This document shows, in pieces, positions 52,121 to 64,000 of a stretch of 64,000 bases of DNA. The position numbers and the translations under genes were made by a program. The stretch spans positions 149,174,001-149,238,000 of the forward strand of contig NC_058368.1 in the NCBI RefSeq assembly GCF_018350175.1, written 5' to 3'. How positions within the stretch are numbered: the stretch's first letter is position 1; the number at the start of each line of letters is the position of its first letter. Below the pieces are notes generated by a model. That model searched no databases. It was not told where the DNA came from and worked only from the letters and a program-made list of their open reading frames with translations. Source of the DNA: Felis catus (taxonomy: Eukaryota).

Positions 52121-52992
52121 CTGCTATCTTGCTTCCCCGCATGTGTGCACCTACTAATCTCAACTGGTCCACCGAGACCCCCTGAGCACCAACCCTAGTC
52201 CCCCAAGCAGTCCCATTTCCTCTCCAACAAGATGAAAGAAACTATCATGAGCCGGAAGAAACTCGTGGAACCGCAAGCACAAGTGTGCATTGGTGGGAAA
52301 GAGCTGCTGGTGCAAAGAAGGTGGCTCTTAGAACAGCTGCAGCAGATGATAAAAAAAAAAAGAAAAGAAAAGAAACTTCAGTTCTCTTTAAAGAAGTTGG
52401 GGGTAAAAGATATCTCTGGTATTGAAGAAGTGAATATGTTCACAAACCAAGGAACAGGGGTCCACTTTAAGAACCCTAAAGTTCAGGCATCCCTGGCAGC
52501 GAAAACTTTCACCATTACAGGTCACGCTGAGACCAAGCAGCTGACAGAAATGCTACCCAGTTTCTTGAACCAACTTGGTGCAGACGGTCTGACTAGTTTA
52601 AGACTGGCTGAAGCTCTGCCCACACAGTGTGTGGATGGAAAGGTACCGCTTGCTACCCGAGAGGAGGGCGATGATGACGTTCCAGATCTTGTGGAAAACT
52701 TGGATGAAGCTTCAAAGAACGAAGCAAATGAATAGAGGCACCTTCTGAAGAAGATAAAACTTGAAGGAGTTACTGGGAGCTATTTTATATTATGACTGCT
52801 TTTTAAAAATATTGTTCATGGATCTGATAAAATCTAGATCTCTAATATTTTTAAGCCCAAGTCTCTTGGACACTGCAGCTCTTTTCGATTTTGGTTATAC
52901 ACAATTCATTCTTTGCAGCTAATTAAGCTGAAGAAGCCTGGGAATACAGTTTGAAACAAGGTTAATGAAGGAAGGAAGGAAGGAAGGAAGGA

Positions 52993-53036
<44 letters not shown>

Positions 53037-53087
53037 CAGAAAGAAAGAAGAAAAGAAAGGAGAAAAGAAAGGAGAAAAGAAAAGGAA
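52121..53087 (+). pseudogene. BTF3: BTF3 (beta-NAC, short BTF3b isoform) processed pseudogene
   Basis: Intronless copy with 5' UTR, ORF 52232-52735 (MKETIM...[24 protein letters not shown]...[10 protein letters not shown]...[16 protein letters not shown]), 3' UTR, a tail converted to a GAAG/GAAA repeat, and an A-rich TSD ending aaaaaatag (to 52120 and to 53098). Confidence 0.95.
52232..52735 (+). CDS. BTF3: Open 167-aa BTF3-like ORF within the retrocopy (expression unknown)
   Basis: Uninterrupted ATG-to-TAG frame; NAC domain recognisable; residues about 24-48 are frameshifted relative to the parent. Confidence 0.35.
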   Translation: MKETIMSRKKLVEPQAQVCIGGKELLVQRRWLLEQLQQMIKKKRKEKKLQFSLKKLGVKDISGIEEVNMFTNQGTGVHFKNPKVQASLAAKTFTITGHAETKQLTEMLPSFLNQLGADGLTSLRLAEALPTQCVDGKVPLATREEGDDDVPDLVENLDEASKNEANE

Positions 53088-53090
53088 AGA
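52968..53090. repeat. Compound (GAAG)n(GAAA)n microsatellite derived from the retrocopy poly-A tail
   Basis: Directly follows the BTF3 3' UTR and precedes the TSD. Confidence 0.9.
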
Positions 53091-53607
53091 AAAAATAGAA
53101 AGCAGAATGGGTTTCTTTCTGAAGTAACAAATCCATCTGAATTTCTATATATCATTAATTTGCACTAATATGAAAAACAAACTATTCACATTCTATGCAG
53201 TAAAATTACTGCTTAGAATTTTTGGGTTTTATGTGATTGCTCTTTCTTTCCAAGCAAGGTACAAAGTAAAACACCTATCTGTGGTTGGTTTAGCTCTTGA
53301 GATTAATCAGAGCAATGTTTTACATAGAGATCAATTTCTCTGGACCAAAGAGAATTCATATAGCAAGTTTACCCAATAAGTTTCTTACACAATAAGAAAC
53401 GACTTTCTAGACAAGTCTAGCTCAGCATCTCACCTGCAGAGGAAAACCATGGAATATTGGCTGTCAAGATTAGCTAGTCTATAGTCATACAGCCCTGCAC
53501 TTGCCAAATCTCATCTAATATCAAAGGATTAGCTAATATTTTGCTATATTCAAGCTAATTCTTAGAATACTGAAGGACAAATGGAGAGCAAAAGTACCAA
53601 TTAATTA

Positions 53608-53825
53608 GGGGTGCCTGGGTGGCTCAATCAGTTAAGTGTCCTACTGTCTATCAGCTCAGGTCATGCTCTCACAGTTCATGGGATTGAGCCCTGTGTCAGG
53701 ATCTGTGCTGACAACACAGAGTCTACTTGGGATTCTCTCTCCCTCTCTCTCTGCCCCTCCTCCTCTTGCTCTCTTTCCCTCTCTCTGTCTCTCTTTCAAA
53801 ATAAACAAATAAACTTAAATTTTTT
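53608..53825 (+). mobile_element. Can-SINE
   Basis: TSD aaagtac(c/t)aattaatta. Confidence 0.92.
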
Positions 53826-53959
53826 AAAGTACTAATTAATTAATTAACATTACAAATCTCTCCCAAGTTTAAATAAATACATATGTAGATATTTTCCCTC
53901 ATTATTTACTTGGGGGAGGGATAAGAGAAATCAGCTATAACTTTAAAATGTCTAATTTA

Positions 53960-54178
53960 GGGGCGCCTGGGTGGCTCAGTCAGTTGAGCGTCCGACTTCA
54001 GCTTAGGTCATGATCTCACGGATTGTGAATTTGAGCCCCGCGTGGGGCTCTGTGCTGACAGCTCAGAGCCTGGAGCCTGCTTCATATTCTAGGTCTCCCT
54101 GTCTCTCTCTCTGCTCTGTCCCACTCATGCTGTCTCTCTCTGTCTCTCAAAAATAAATAAACATTCAAAAAAATGTTT
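53960..54178 (+). mobile_element. Can-SINE
   Basis: TSD aatgtctaattta. Confidence 0.93.
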
Positions 54179-55071
54179 AATGTCTAATTTACTACTGACA
54201 AATTTAAAGTCCTTATTCTGGTCCTAATGTGATAGTCTCTGAAATAAATAAAATATAGGCTAAATTTGTGATTAATATTCATTTCAATTTTGACAGTTTA
54301 ACTCAATTCAACCTGGGTGGGACCAGCAAAAGAAAGTCAAAGTTTATCACCAGTCTGTAAATTTTGGATAGCTTTCACTTCTTTATTCATATGTTTACCC
54401 CTATAATCTCTTTAAGCAAAAATCCAAGAAAGGATGCTATAAGCTGAAGCAAGGACAGTGCACCTATGTCAGTTGCATGTTATTAAAATGAGAAGAGTAA
54501 CAAAAAATCCTGGTCAGAACTATCATTGGTGCTCAAAGGCTGTGACCAGTCTACCCATACCTCACCCCAGATTGTCACATATGACAATGAAAGATGTGTT
54601 TCATATATCCAGTCGACTATTAGGGCTGTGGCCACATGTCTCACAAAGAATTCTTACTTTCCCAAAGGATTAATGGCTTTTATCATGAAATGAAACTCAC
54701 TTAAAAAGCTGAACTACATCTTAAGATCAAGAACAAAGGCAGCTAATTCTAAGACAAAGAAACCTTTATAAACCTGCCTACTCTAGGTTAGAGCTAAGCT
54801 CACCATGAATTCTCAGACTGATACACCTCTCCTGATTATCAAAAGGGTTATGACTCCTGGATTCACATCTGCTGCCTAACTCTCAACCTCTCAGCCTTCC
54901 CCTTGACTGTGCCTGTTATGTATTAATGTCTGTTACACAATTGGGTCCATCTCACTGTCTTCATGTTTTTTTTTTTTTTATTTTCATGTGAAGTAGCTTA
55001 TAACTATAGTAGCTATAACTATGAAAAAGAAGCTTTAAATTGTAAGACACCAAAAATTTAAAGTTACAGTT

Positions 55072-55101
55072 GCTTAAGCAACTGAGCCACACAGGTACCC
55101 C
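55072..55101 (-). mobile_element. Can-SINE head remnant
   Basis: Reverse complement ggggtacctgtgtggctcagttgcttaagc; body absent. Confidence 0.7.
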
Positions 55102-57060
55102 TTGAATAAGGTTTGTTAGTCAAAGGTATTTAAATCAGGATTTTCACACTTTACATTCAAACTGATCTACAAAATATTTTCAATTTGGGGATTTTTTTAA
55201 TTTATATAAATCAGCACAGAGAAAATACTACAAATCAGCACAGAGAAAACACTACTATTTTAAAAGTGAATCAATTCACCAGGTCTCTTAGAGTAAAACA
55301 AAAAACAAAAAAACAAACAAAAAAAAAACAAAAAAAAACCAACTCATTAAAAGTCTACATGCCAATAGGGTAATTTTATATATAGTTATTATGAGGAAAG
55401 GAAATAAGAGTAATTTATATTAGGCCAAAGTTTAGAGTATTAAATAATCTGAACAGTTAAGCCTTCCAAACTTCAGAGAAATCCCAATTCACTAATAGTT
55501 CTTATGCATTTTCTCTATATTATTAATTTAATTTACCCTGGCATCATTTAAAGAGTAATCCTGGAGTCATGGCGTTCTGATTTTGGAAGCTGCATTGAGG
55601 TGTTTCTTGTTCTGACACACTTAAGCAGACAGTAACTTTGGCAGAAATATTATGTTGTTAAATGAATATTATATGACTTGAAGCACCAAGTTGCTCATTG
55701 TTATTTTCAGTGTCTACCCATTCTTTTCAAATGGGAATTGTTATCAGTTTTCTGCAAAGAGATTCTTATTAAAGAGAAATTTTGTTTACTATTGGCTGTC
55801 AGCTCTACTCAGAAGGAAAGAGTCATATCTTCGAATGTTAAATTCATAATTATAAATATCTCCCTAAATCACTGACATCTTTTCCTAATTATTGGGGCAA
55901 AGTTTCAATTTATAAAAAAACAAGTCCAAAATACTTATTTTGGGTCCATGGCTATAAGAGAGCACGTATCAGGTTAACAGTATGAATGTATGATGATGTA
56001 TTTACCAGAGACACACAAAAAAAGAAGAAATTGATAATTGGCATGGAAAATGCAAAATGTGCCAAATGATCCTCCTTAAATATTGAGAGAAAGAGGGTTA
56101 AACATAATGCTGTACTTTGCACTAATGAAAATGTCCAGTATATTCCTTTCCCAAAGCAAAATAGCATGTAAATGACTCTGCTCAATGTTGTTTTTGTTAA
56201 TGTGACATCCAAGGAAGCACTCCTCCTGGAGCCATAAACCGTGTTCAAGGACAAAGATCAAAACTGCTATCCATTGCCTCTCGCTGGTGGCTGGAACTAA
56301 AACCCTCGGTCAGAATGGTTATCATTACCATAAGTGGCCACCTAGCCATTTAGAATTAGGACCATAGCCCATCTTTATTGTTCCCTCTCCTGAGAATTAG
56401 CAACAATGTGTATATATTTGCTGAAAATTTTCAGCATCGCATTTCAGGGCTCACAAAAGAAAAAGACTCCTCTCCTTTACCCTGGAAATTCCTGAATATC
56501 TATTTTCTATTTTTTCTTTAGAAATCAATTCAAATATCATACTTTCATAAAAGTTTGTTTAGTAGTGAGAGAAGAACATAATCTATGTAGAGGTGGAGCA
56601 AATTATGATAATAATAGGATATAAAGAACAGTTAAGCACAGGGTGGAGGAAAGGGAGATGGGATATAGATATCTTTATCCTAATGTCTTCAGTTCAAGAG
56701 ACTGAAATCATTTGGTCTGAAGATATAGGTCAGAAAAGATAGATTGTGGTCCTGGGACTATTCAGTAGGGACTAATGGCAAACTGTCCTGGATTTGTGTG
56801 CTTCTCAACATGGCCAGATCTAGCACACTTTGCCCGGTAGGGGGCAGTAAGTAATCTGACCAACCTGGCAGGCTTAGGGCTTTGATATTCTCAAAAAAGC
56901 CTTCAGTGGAGTTTTGTCTCTTAGCTTCCTTGTCTTATATCTCAACCTAGGCTCTAAGTGTTTCTTAGTGCACATTCATTATTTTTTCCTATGTCTATCA
57001 GCTGTCTGACTATTCAAGATTTAAGCTAAAATATATATGTATTCCTTAGTTTCTGCCAAG

Positions 57061-57602
57061 TGTAATGCCCCCGATTTCAAATCCGAGAGACCACCAAGGA
57101 GCCGAAACCGATGCAAACGCACAAGGGTTTATTTGCAAGCTCGAGCTTGGGCCCAGTATACCCGACACAGCGGAGCAGGGACTTGGACCCCTAGGTTAAG
57201 AGGTGTAGCAGTTTTATAGGGGCCAGTGGCCAATGAGATTGTAACACACACAGAAAGTTGCATAGTCATGTCGGTCCACACACAGGTGGCCAATTGAATT
57301 ACAATTTACTCTATAGTAACTGTTTGAACTAGCCTATCACTGTGGTCAGAATTGGTGCGCAAGTTTGGCAGGCAAAAGGCAGGGTTTACATTCTTTGACG
57401 GTTAGGGGTTCCGCATTCCTATGTGAGCCAGTTTCTAGTAAGGGTGTGCTCAGCGGCTTGACTAGGGTGGGGAAGTGTCTTAAGCAATAAGTAGGTCATG
57501 TGGGGGTTATACCTGAGATGGTGGGTGTAGCACAAAATGGAGTTAGTCTTGCTCTGCTTGTCCAGGGGTAGGGGATTTTTGTTAAATTCCTTGGGACCCA
57601 CA
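57061..57602 (-). mobile_element. Solo endogenous retrovirus LTR (542 bp, probably ERV1-like)
   Basis: TGT...ACA termini, 5-bp TSD ccaag (57056-57060, 57603-57607), minus-strand TATAAAA (57212-57218) followed by AATAAA (57128-57133); CpG-rich. Confidence 0.88.
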
Positions 57603-60600
57603 CCAAGAACTTTGGATATGACAGCATTGATTGATTTTATTTTCATAACAAGTCTCTGATGAAAGATTATTGCCCCCATTTTGGATGTAAAGGCACTAAG
57701 ACTTTACACAGTTAAATAATGTGCCTAAATTAGTAAGAAATGAGCCAAGGGTCATAATCGAGCCTATTTTACAATAAAGCCTGTCCAACCATTATGCGTA
57801 CAGCCCCCATCTGCTTCATATGTCCAAGAGAAGATATAACTCAGATGTTTCATAGCTTTGCTCAAAAGGGAAGAATGTGCTAATCTTCCATGATCAGAAA
57901 AACAAAGCACCTAGAGGGGTGTGTGTGTGTGTTTGCATTAAAATTGGAGATCCAGCATCTCCACCTAAATTGCTATTATTAAGAGTAATAGAACATAATA
58001 AAACTTTCATCCCCATTGCAATATTTGTAACAATAATTTCAATCCATAATTTCAACTTTCAAAGTTTTGCTAAAATGTGCTATGCTTTATATATTAAAAT
58101 ATATTTCATGTCATACATGATATGGTTTGTATAGTTGTTGGCTTTTTTAAAAAGGCAACCTAAAAAAGGGCCATGTACAAAAGTAACAGGACAACAGAGT
58201 AACAAGAAATTGATATGTACTGTGTTTCTAATTTGGATGAGATGACTATGATGAGAATTTCTCTTGACAAGGAAATAACTCCACTTAAGCAAATGTTTAC
58301 ATTCTTTTACACAATTGATCAGATCAGTGTTAATATATAAACCAAACAAGTTTTATGGGTCAAGGAAATTTTTGAAAACTATTCCAATTATGCTTTAAAA
58401 CTGTGAACATTCAAATGTTAGGAAATATCATTCATGAAAATCTATTAATAATACGAGTAAGAATATAACAGCAATTTTTAGCATTAATAACATTCTTATT
58501 ATGAGGCAATAACAGCATAGTTAGAGTAGGTAACATTTAGTGGGTAAGCTTTTCTTTAGTGGACACATTTGTTGCTTGGTTTTCTCCTTTTTCCCACCTG
58601 AACTATTCTATCCTTCGAAATCTCCTCAGACACCAGATGTGCTTCAACTCAAATTCTTCTATTGAAAACATATATCCAAAGAATCAGAGATGTAGACTGA
58701 GCAGTATAAAAGTTAATCATCCAAAAATTATCCTCAGAGAAGATCTTTATTTTATTATAATTACAAGTACAGTGGAAATTCAGGTAACTAATATTAGCAT
58801 TATTACCGTATTTCCCATCATTTAATGCTTGTTATGTGCCTACTAAACATTGACTATTACAGCAACTCAAAGAGGCAGGTACTGTTATCATCTCATTTTA
58901 CAAATGAAGAAGCTAAAGATTTCAAGGGACTTATCCAAGATCACACAAACAAGTGAAGAAATTTATATAGTTCTTAAATTATTTCTCTCTGCATATATGT
59001 GTATGTTTGGCGGAGGGGGTGAAAATGTGTGTATTTCTTACAGAAGTTACCTTAGAACTGTTTTGTATACATTTAAGGCTAGCTTAATTCAAATACATAG
59101 AAACTTTCACTGAACTTATAGTTGCATTACTTTTTTCCTACTTAATTTTGTAGTACATTTTTTAATATAGCCTTTGGTTTTTACCATCCTGTTTACATTA
59201 AAACAATTTTGTTTTAAGTGCATGAATGTGTTTTTCCAAATATTACAATAATAAATACATATTAGGGCAGTATACCAGCATTTAGAAAGTATATGGTGAC
59301 CAAGAAAATAAATCAAGGCATCAAATACAGAACTTAAGAGATTTTTGAGTTTAAGATCATTAGTTTGTTTTGTATAGATTGGAGGTGAATACAAAACCAT
59401 TACGGATTCCTCATCACAATTCTATGTGAGATGAGTAGGTGAGACACTCCATATCTTTAAAAATAATACTGTGTCAAAATCTTAAAACTTTGCTATCACA
59501 ACTGACACTAATTGGCATCCTTGTTAGCGCTCTGAAAAGAGAGGTCAAAACTGGAGGTTCATAGGAGCTGAATTGCCCCTTCTTATAAGTGGTTCCTCTG
59601 GGTTGAAGAGCAGAGATGTGGAAAGCTTAGAAAAAGTCTGACATGTAGCTTTATTATAAGAAAAACAAAAGACATTAATGTTGATCTGTGTGTATTGATT
59701 GTTTGACATCTTGGCCGAGCATTCTATAGGAAACTTATGAACAAATGTCTAAAATAATTAAAAAGATTATATAATGGTAATTCAATTCCACTGTTTCTTA
59801 CCCAAATATTTTGAGGCTATAGGAGTATGTATAGAATTTCAGAGAGGTGTGGAGGGACAGTACATATACCTTTTGTTATGTATAACACCCCAGTAGGGTG
59901 GGAGGCAGCATTACATTAATATTTCTGCAACAATATATAGGAATATATGCAGCAACTGCAATAGAGAAAGGCTATAAATATGCTCGTGTCACTTCAGATT
60001 GAAATTTGCCACCAAAAAAATGAGTTCACGTGAGGTTTTTGCTTTAAAATTATCACTTATAAAAAACTGTGGAACCTCTGAATTGCCAATGCGGTATTGT
60101 GAATTTGTACAAGAATTGGGATTATTTGGCTTCAAGAAGAAAATACTGAAAATTAACTTAAATAAGGGCTTTATTTTTCCATTTATATTTTCAACAAATA
60201 TTTGTCAAGCACCTACTACATGCCAGTTATTATGACGATGACACAGTGACAAACAAGACAGTATTTTGTGACCAGTCTTCTTCATTTCCAGTGAGGTCAG
60301 AAAAGAAAGCAAACATTTTATCTACATCTCATAGAAATTAAATAAAATAAGGAAAAAAACTTCTCATTTCTAGGGTTAATACAGGAAAAGGTTATCTAAG
60401 AAGCTTATGGAATCCACTCTTCTCTGGAAATCTTGAAAGGTGAATCATCTGTCTTAGATGATTTGGAGACAAAAGAAATCAACAGGGTAGCTTCCTGAAG
60501 CCTCTTACTAACCTACACTCTATAATCCAATATTAATTTTCCATGCTATGATCTGATTAATTCTTACAGTTTAGTGATTTTTCACGATACAAGAATCTAT

Positions 60601-62225
60601 ATGATTATACGTTTGTAGAAAAAAGTTATTTTGGACACTGCGCACGCACACACACACGCACGCACATATACACAAATTTAAATAGGCACAAGTTGAGATT
60701 TGATGCATGTAAGTCAACACAAATCCAATTAAACTGACTAAAAATAAACATAAAATATAAACTAGTCCATGAAGAAGCCAACATATTAATTCTGATTTTT
60801 CTCATTTTCAACTAAGAATTTTATGAACAATGGATATTAAAGCACTATAATTGTCATTTGAAACATAATACCAAAGACTTTGTTGCTAGTGTTTTATACC
60901 CACAGTCACTCAAGAAGCCAAAAATATAAGCATCTATAAATGTTCCTTCTGTGGAAAAGACATTTTCTATTTTGCATCCTTCTCCTAGAAACACCATTGT
61001 CCTCTCACTAAGATTTTCAGAGAATCAATATACACCACTTATTAAGTATTAATATATATAATAGTGATTCTAAATTTTCCTAATTTTTTTCTCCTTTTAC
61101 ATCTGTAACATCTGTAATGATCCTTTTGTGCAGCCATGCACATACAAATGATTAACCCAAACAGGCCATTGAGTAGCTATTGTTCACACATACACACTTT
61201 TGCAAACATACTTACGTATACCTATATTTGGTGGACAAATAAAAATTGGATTTTATTTGTTGAGATTTAATAACCAAAGTTGTAATTCTACCAATCATGC
61301 AGCCTCTTGTGAGGGCAGGCTGGGATACTATGACTCATCTTTCCAAATGATATCCCTAAAGATTCTAGAATAGAGTCATTCTTGTAGAAAAATAATGATT
61401 GCTACTCCTAGCACAAAACTGAACATTTTTGGAATGAGTCTTGTTCAAGACCATTTCATTAAAAAAAGATTTTCCTTTATAAATGGAAATTAAAACATTC
61501 CTTAGAACATATTGTACCAGCATGGGAGAAATTCAAGATTGTTTACATTTCCACTGAGGCATACATTCTGGACCACCTGGGAAAATTAAACAGCTCTAAA
61601 ATTCCATTAAGCTATCAATCTAACCCTTTTCACAGGTAGGCGAGAGATAGAACCAGGAGGACAAAAGGTTTGATGTGTTCTTTTCTATCAGTCACAAAAG
61701 ATAAGAAAGGTGAGGAAAGCAGTGCTCATCCATTAAACAAACCTAGTGAAACTTGACATGATTAAATCAAGTGATTGATGTGTTAAGTGGAGCTTCAGAA
61801 CAGCTAGACATTGGTCTTGTTTCTCAGAATGAGCCACCAAATGGGTGCCTTCCTTCCCTATTGTTTTGCTTTGAATTGCATATAATCTTGGCCTTTGTTG
61901 GACACATACTGGGTGTTGTCCTGCTGATCAGTATTGAAACTAAACATGGGAGATAAAACTCAATCCTAGATTCTTTATGGATGCTGATTTTTAAAAAAAT
62001 CCAAGAGTATATAAAGAAACAATGAAAGAGGACCTTCCCAAACAAATATCAAAGATTGCAAGCCCACACTAATTAATCCTGAATCCTCTAGAAGTGTTTC
62101 CTCCAACTGGCTTGTATGGGTGAGTTCAGGGTTGAAAGGAGTAATATTTAAAGACTGTAATTTTTTATTGGTAAAAGGTGCTTCTTGTGAGACTATCAAA
62201 AAATATCTGTTATTAAGACTGGCTT

Positions 62226-62360
62226 GGGGGGATGCCTTACTAGCTCAGTTGGTACAGTGTATGACTCTTAATCTCAGGGTTGTGAGTTTAACCCTCATGT
62301 TGGGCATAGAGCTTACTTAAAAAATAAATAATATATATTTTAAAATATATTAAAAAACTA
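62226..62360 (+). mobile_element. Short, old tRNA(Lys)-like carnivore SINE lacking a CT tract
   Basis: A-box tagctcagttgg, degenerate B-box gagtttaaccc, A-rich tail, degenerate TSD aaga(c/t)tgg. Confidence 0.75.
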
Positions 62361-63146
62361 AAAGATTGGATTGAGGTGCTGGGCTGCCTGTCTTTCTGGC
62401 TCCTTTTCTACACAAAAATAAAAATAGTCAGGGGACTTCTGCCTGATTAGACTTTCTCGTTTCAAATTACCCCAATAGCTGTTAACTCAAAAGTCCACAA
62501 TGACAAAAAACGAGAGATGAATCTTAGATTATAAAATACACTTATCTTCTCTGAAAGATAGTCTTATATTTAAAAAAATGGGGCATTAATAATATCTACA
62601 TCATAGGGTTGTTGTGGCAAATATATAAACTAATGCAATGTAGAAAATTTAGTGCAGAGCTCAGGGAAATCTCAGTACATTTAAGTATCATTATTATTTT
62701 AAGAATTGTGTAGTATGCTGCTTTGCACATATGTAATGCATTCCTTTTTTTATTTTAAGTGCCACTTTCCTAACTGATGCTTGTGCATTAAGAGTACAAT
62801 CCTGCCTTAGAAAAACCCTAGGCTGAATGTAGGTAAATTTCTATTGTGGTACCTGTATTGCCAAGGACTGACTTTTTATATGACCTGGTACAAGTCGCTT
62901 CATCACTAGAGAATACAGTTCCCTGGTATGTGATGTGTAGAACTGAACTCAACACCTCTAAATTGCCTTCTTGATCTCCAGGTTCATTTACTTCCTATGA
63001 TTAATATACACTATGTTGTTTGTGCCGTCATAACCGAAACTGAGTAAATGTATTCATCCCTCTGCTTTCTAAATAAGATGATTTGAACAAATAGAGTTTT
63101 CATGTTTCCCACATCTATCTACAATTTTTAAAAATGCTTAGCTATT

Positions 63147-63416
63147 GGGGTGCCTGGGTGGCTCAGTTGTTAAGCATCTGACTTCGGCTCAAGTCATATA
63201 TCAGAGTTCATGAGTTTGAGTCCCACATTGGGTAAGCATGAACCCTGCTTGGGGTGAATTCGAGTCCCACTTCGAGTAAACATGAACCCCGCTTTGAGTG
63301 AGCCCCACTTCTCTCTCTCCCTTTCTCTCTCTCTCCCTCTCTCTGCTGTTCTGGGGATTCTCTCTTTCTCTGCCCCTTGCTCACCTTCCCTCTCTCAAAA
63401 AAAAAAAAAAAAAAAA
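63147..63416 (+). mobile_element. Atypical Can-SINE with internal 44-bp tandem duplication
   Basis: Units 63211-63254 and 63255-63298; poly-A tail; TSD gc(t/c)tagctat. Confidence 0.85.
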
Positions 63417-63789
63417 GCCTAGCTATCATATCTTTACACAACGTCAAAGTTGCTAACAATAGCACCCTCTGATATGATTAAATGTGTACCTTTGGTACTA
63501 TAGAAACTGAATACCACCTCACTTTGAATATATGAACTGCATAGATGGTCAGTTCTGTTTTTTTATTATTCAAGCTCTTCCCTTAAACTAATACATTGTT
63601 ATATTACCTATCTAACCAAAATAGATTGAGAATATCTGTAATATTTGACTCAAATAAACCTTAAAAGATCTGAATCTGAATATATACTGTTGGATGCCTA
63701 AAATCCATCCTTCTTTTCTTCTTTGCTAAAAGAATCCTGATTTCATTCAGGTATTACTGACCGTGTCTTTCAGAAAAGACTTAAGTTCC

Positions 63790-64000
63790 CAAGGGCTGCA
63801 TCTTGATTAGTCTACATCATTCCCCTTTCAAGTGATTGGTTTAGAGAAAAACGTGCGACCCAATTCTGGGAAATGAGACATAAGAGAAAGTCTGTTGGGT
63901 GGCTTGTGGGCAAGGTTTCTTTGTTCTTAAAAAAGAGACTACAGGAGAAATATCCTTTTACCCCTTCTGGCCATTATCATCTCTTTGTGATATCTGCAAC
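63790..64000. mobile_element. MLT1-like LTR fragment
   Basis: gtgattggtttag...gacccaattctgg..aatgagacataagagaaagtctg motif typical of older MLT1 families. Confidence 0.55.

Noticed and set aside
55950..56350. Repeat-free, complex sequence that might be a conserved enhancer (similarly 24400-24580 and 36100-36360)
   Set aside because: Conservation cannot be judged from one sequence, and there is no diagnostic motif.
529..63465. Numerous 60-120 aa ORFs over SINEs and microsatellites
   Set aside because: Low-complexity translations of repeats (SLSL, YIHT, FIYL, ERKK); not genes.
1..64000. CRISPR arrays, operons or functional tRNA/rRNA genes
   Set aside because: Mammalian DNA with no repeat-spacer arrays; tRNA-like sequences are SINE heads and the 5S match is only a fragment.

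Overview
AT-rich, repeat-dense mammalian genomic DNA, almost certainly from a felid, judged by about two dozen tRNA-derived Can-SINEs of the SINEC_Fc type and carnivore-type L1s. No intact host protein-coding gene is evident. Main content: two full-length, TSD-flanked, disabled LINE-1s with different 5' UTRs (26824-33606 minus; 39957-46129 plus, with an intact ORF1 and a SINE in the endonuclease domain); a BTF3 processed pseudogene whose ORF is still open; a solo ERV LTR; a 35-nt 5S rRNA fragment inserted with a 16-bp duplication; and older L1M, L2, MIR, MaLR and MER3 relics. The most notable signal is invisible to the ORF track: at least 7, probably 9 or more, exon-like segments with canonical GT-AG splice sites on the minus strand (about 10.3-22.2 kb). 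Spliced together, they give a roughly 300-codon frame strongly depleted of stops but broken by five nonsense codons. I interpret this as a candidate intron-containing fossil (unitary pseudogene) of a protein I cannot identify. All coordinates and translations were read by hand, and repeat family names come from recalled consensus features, not a database search.
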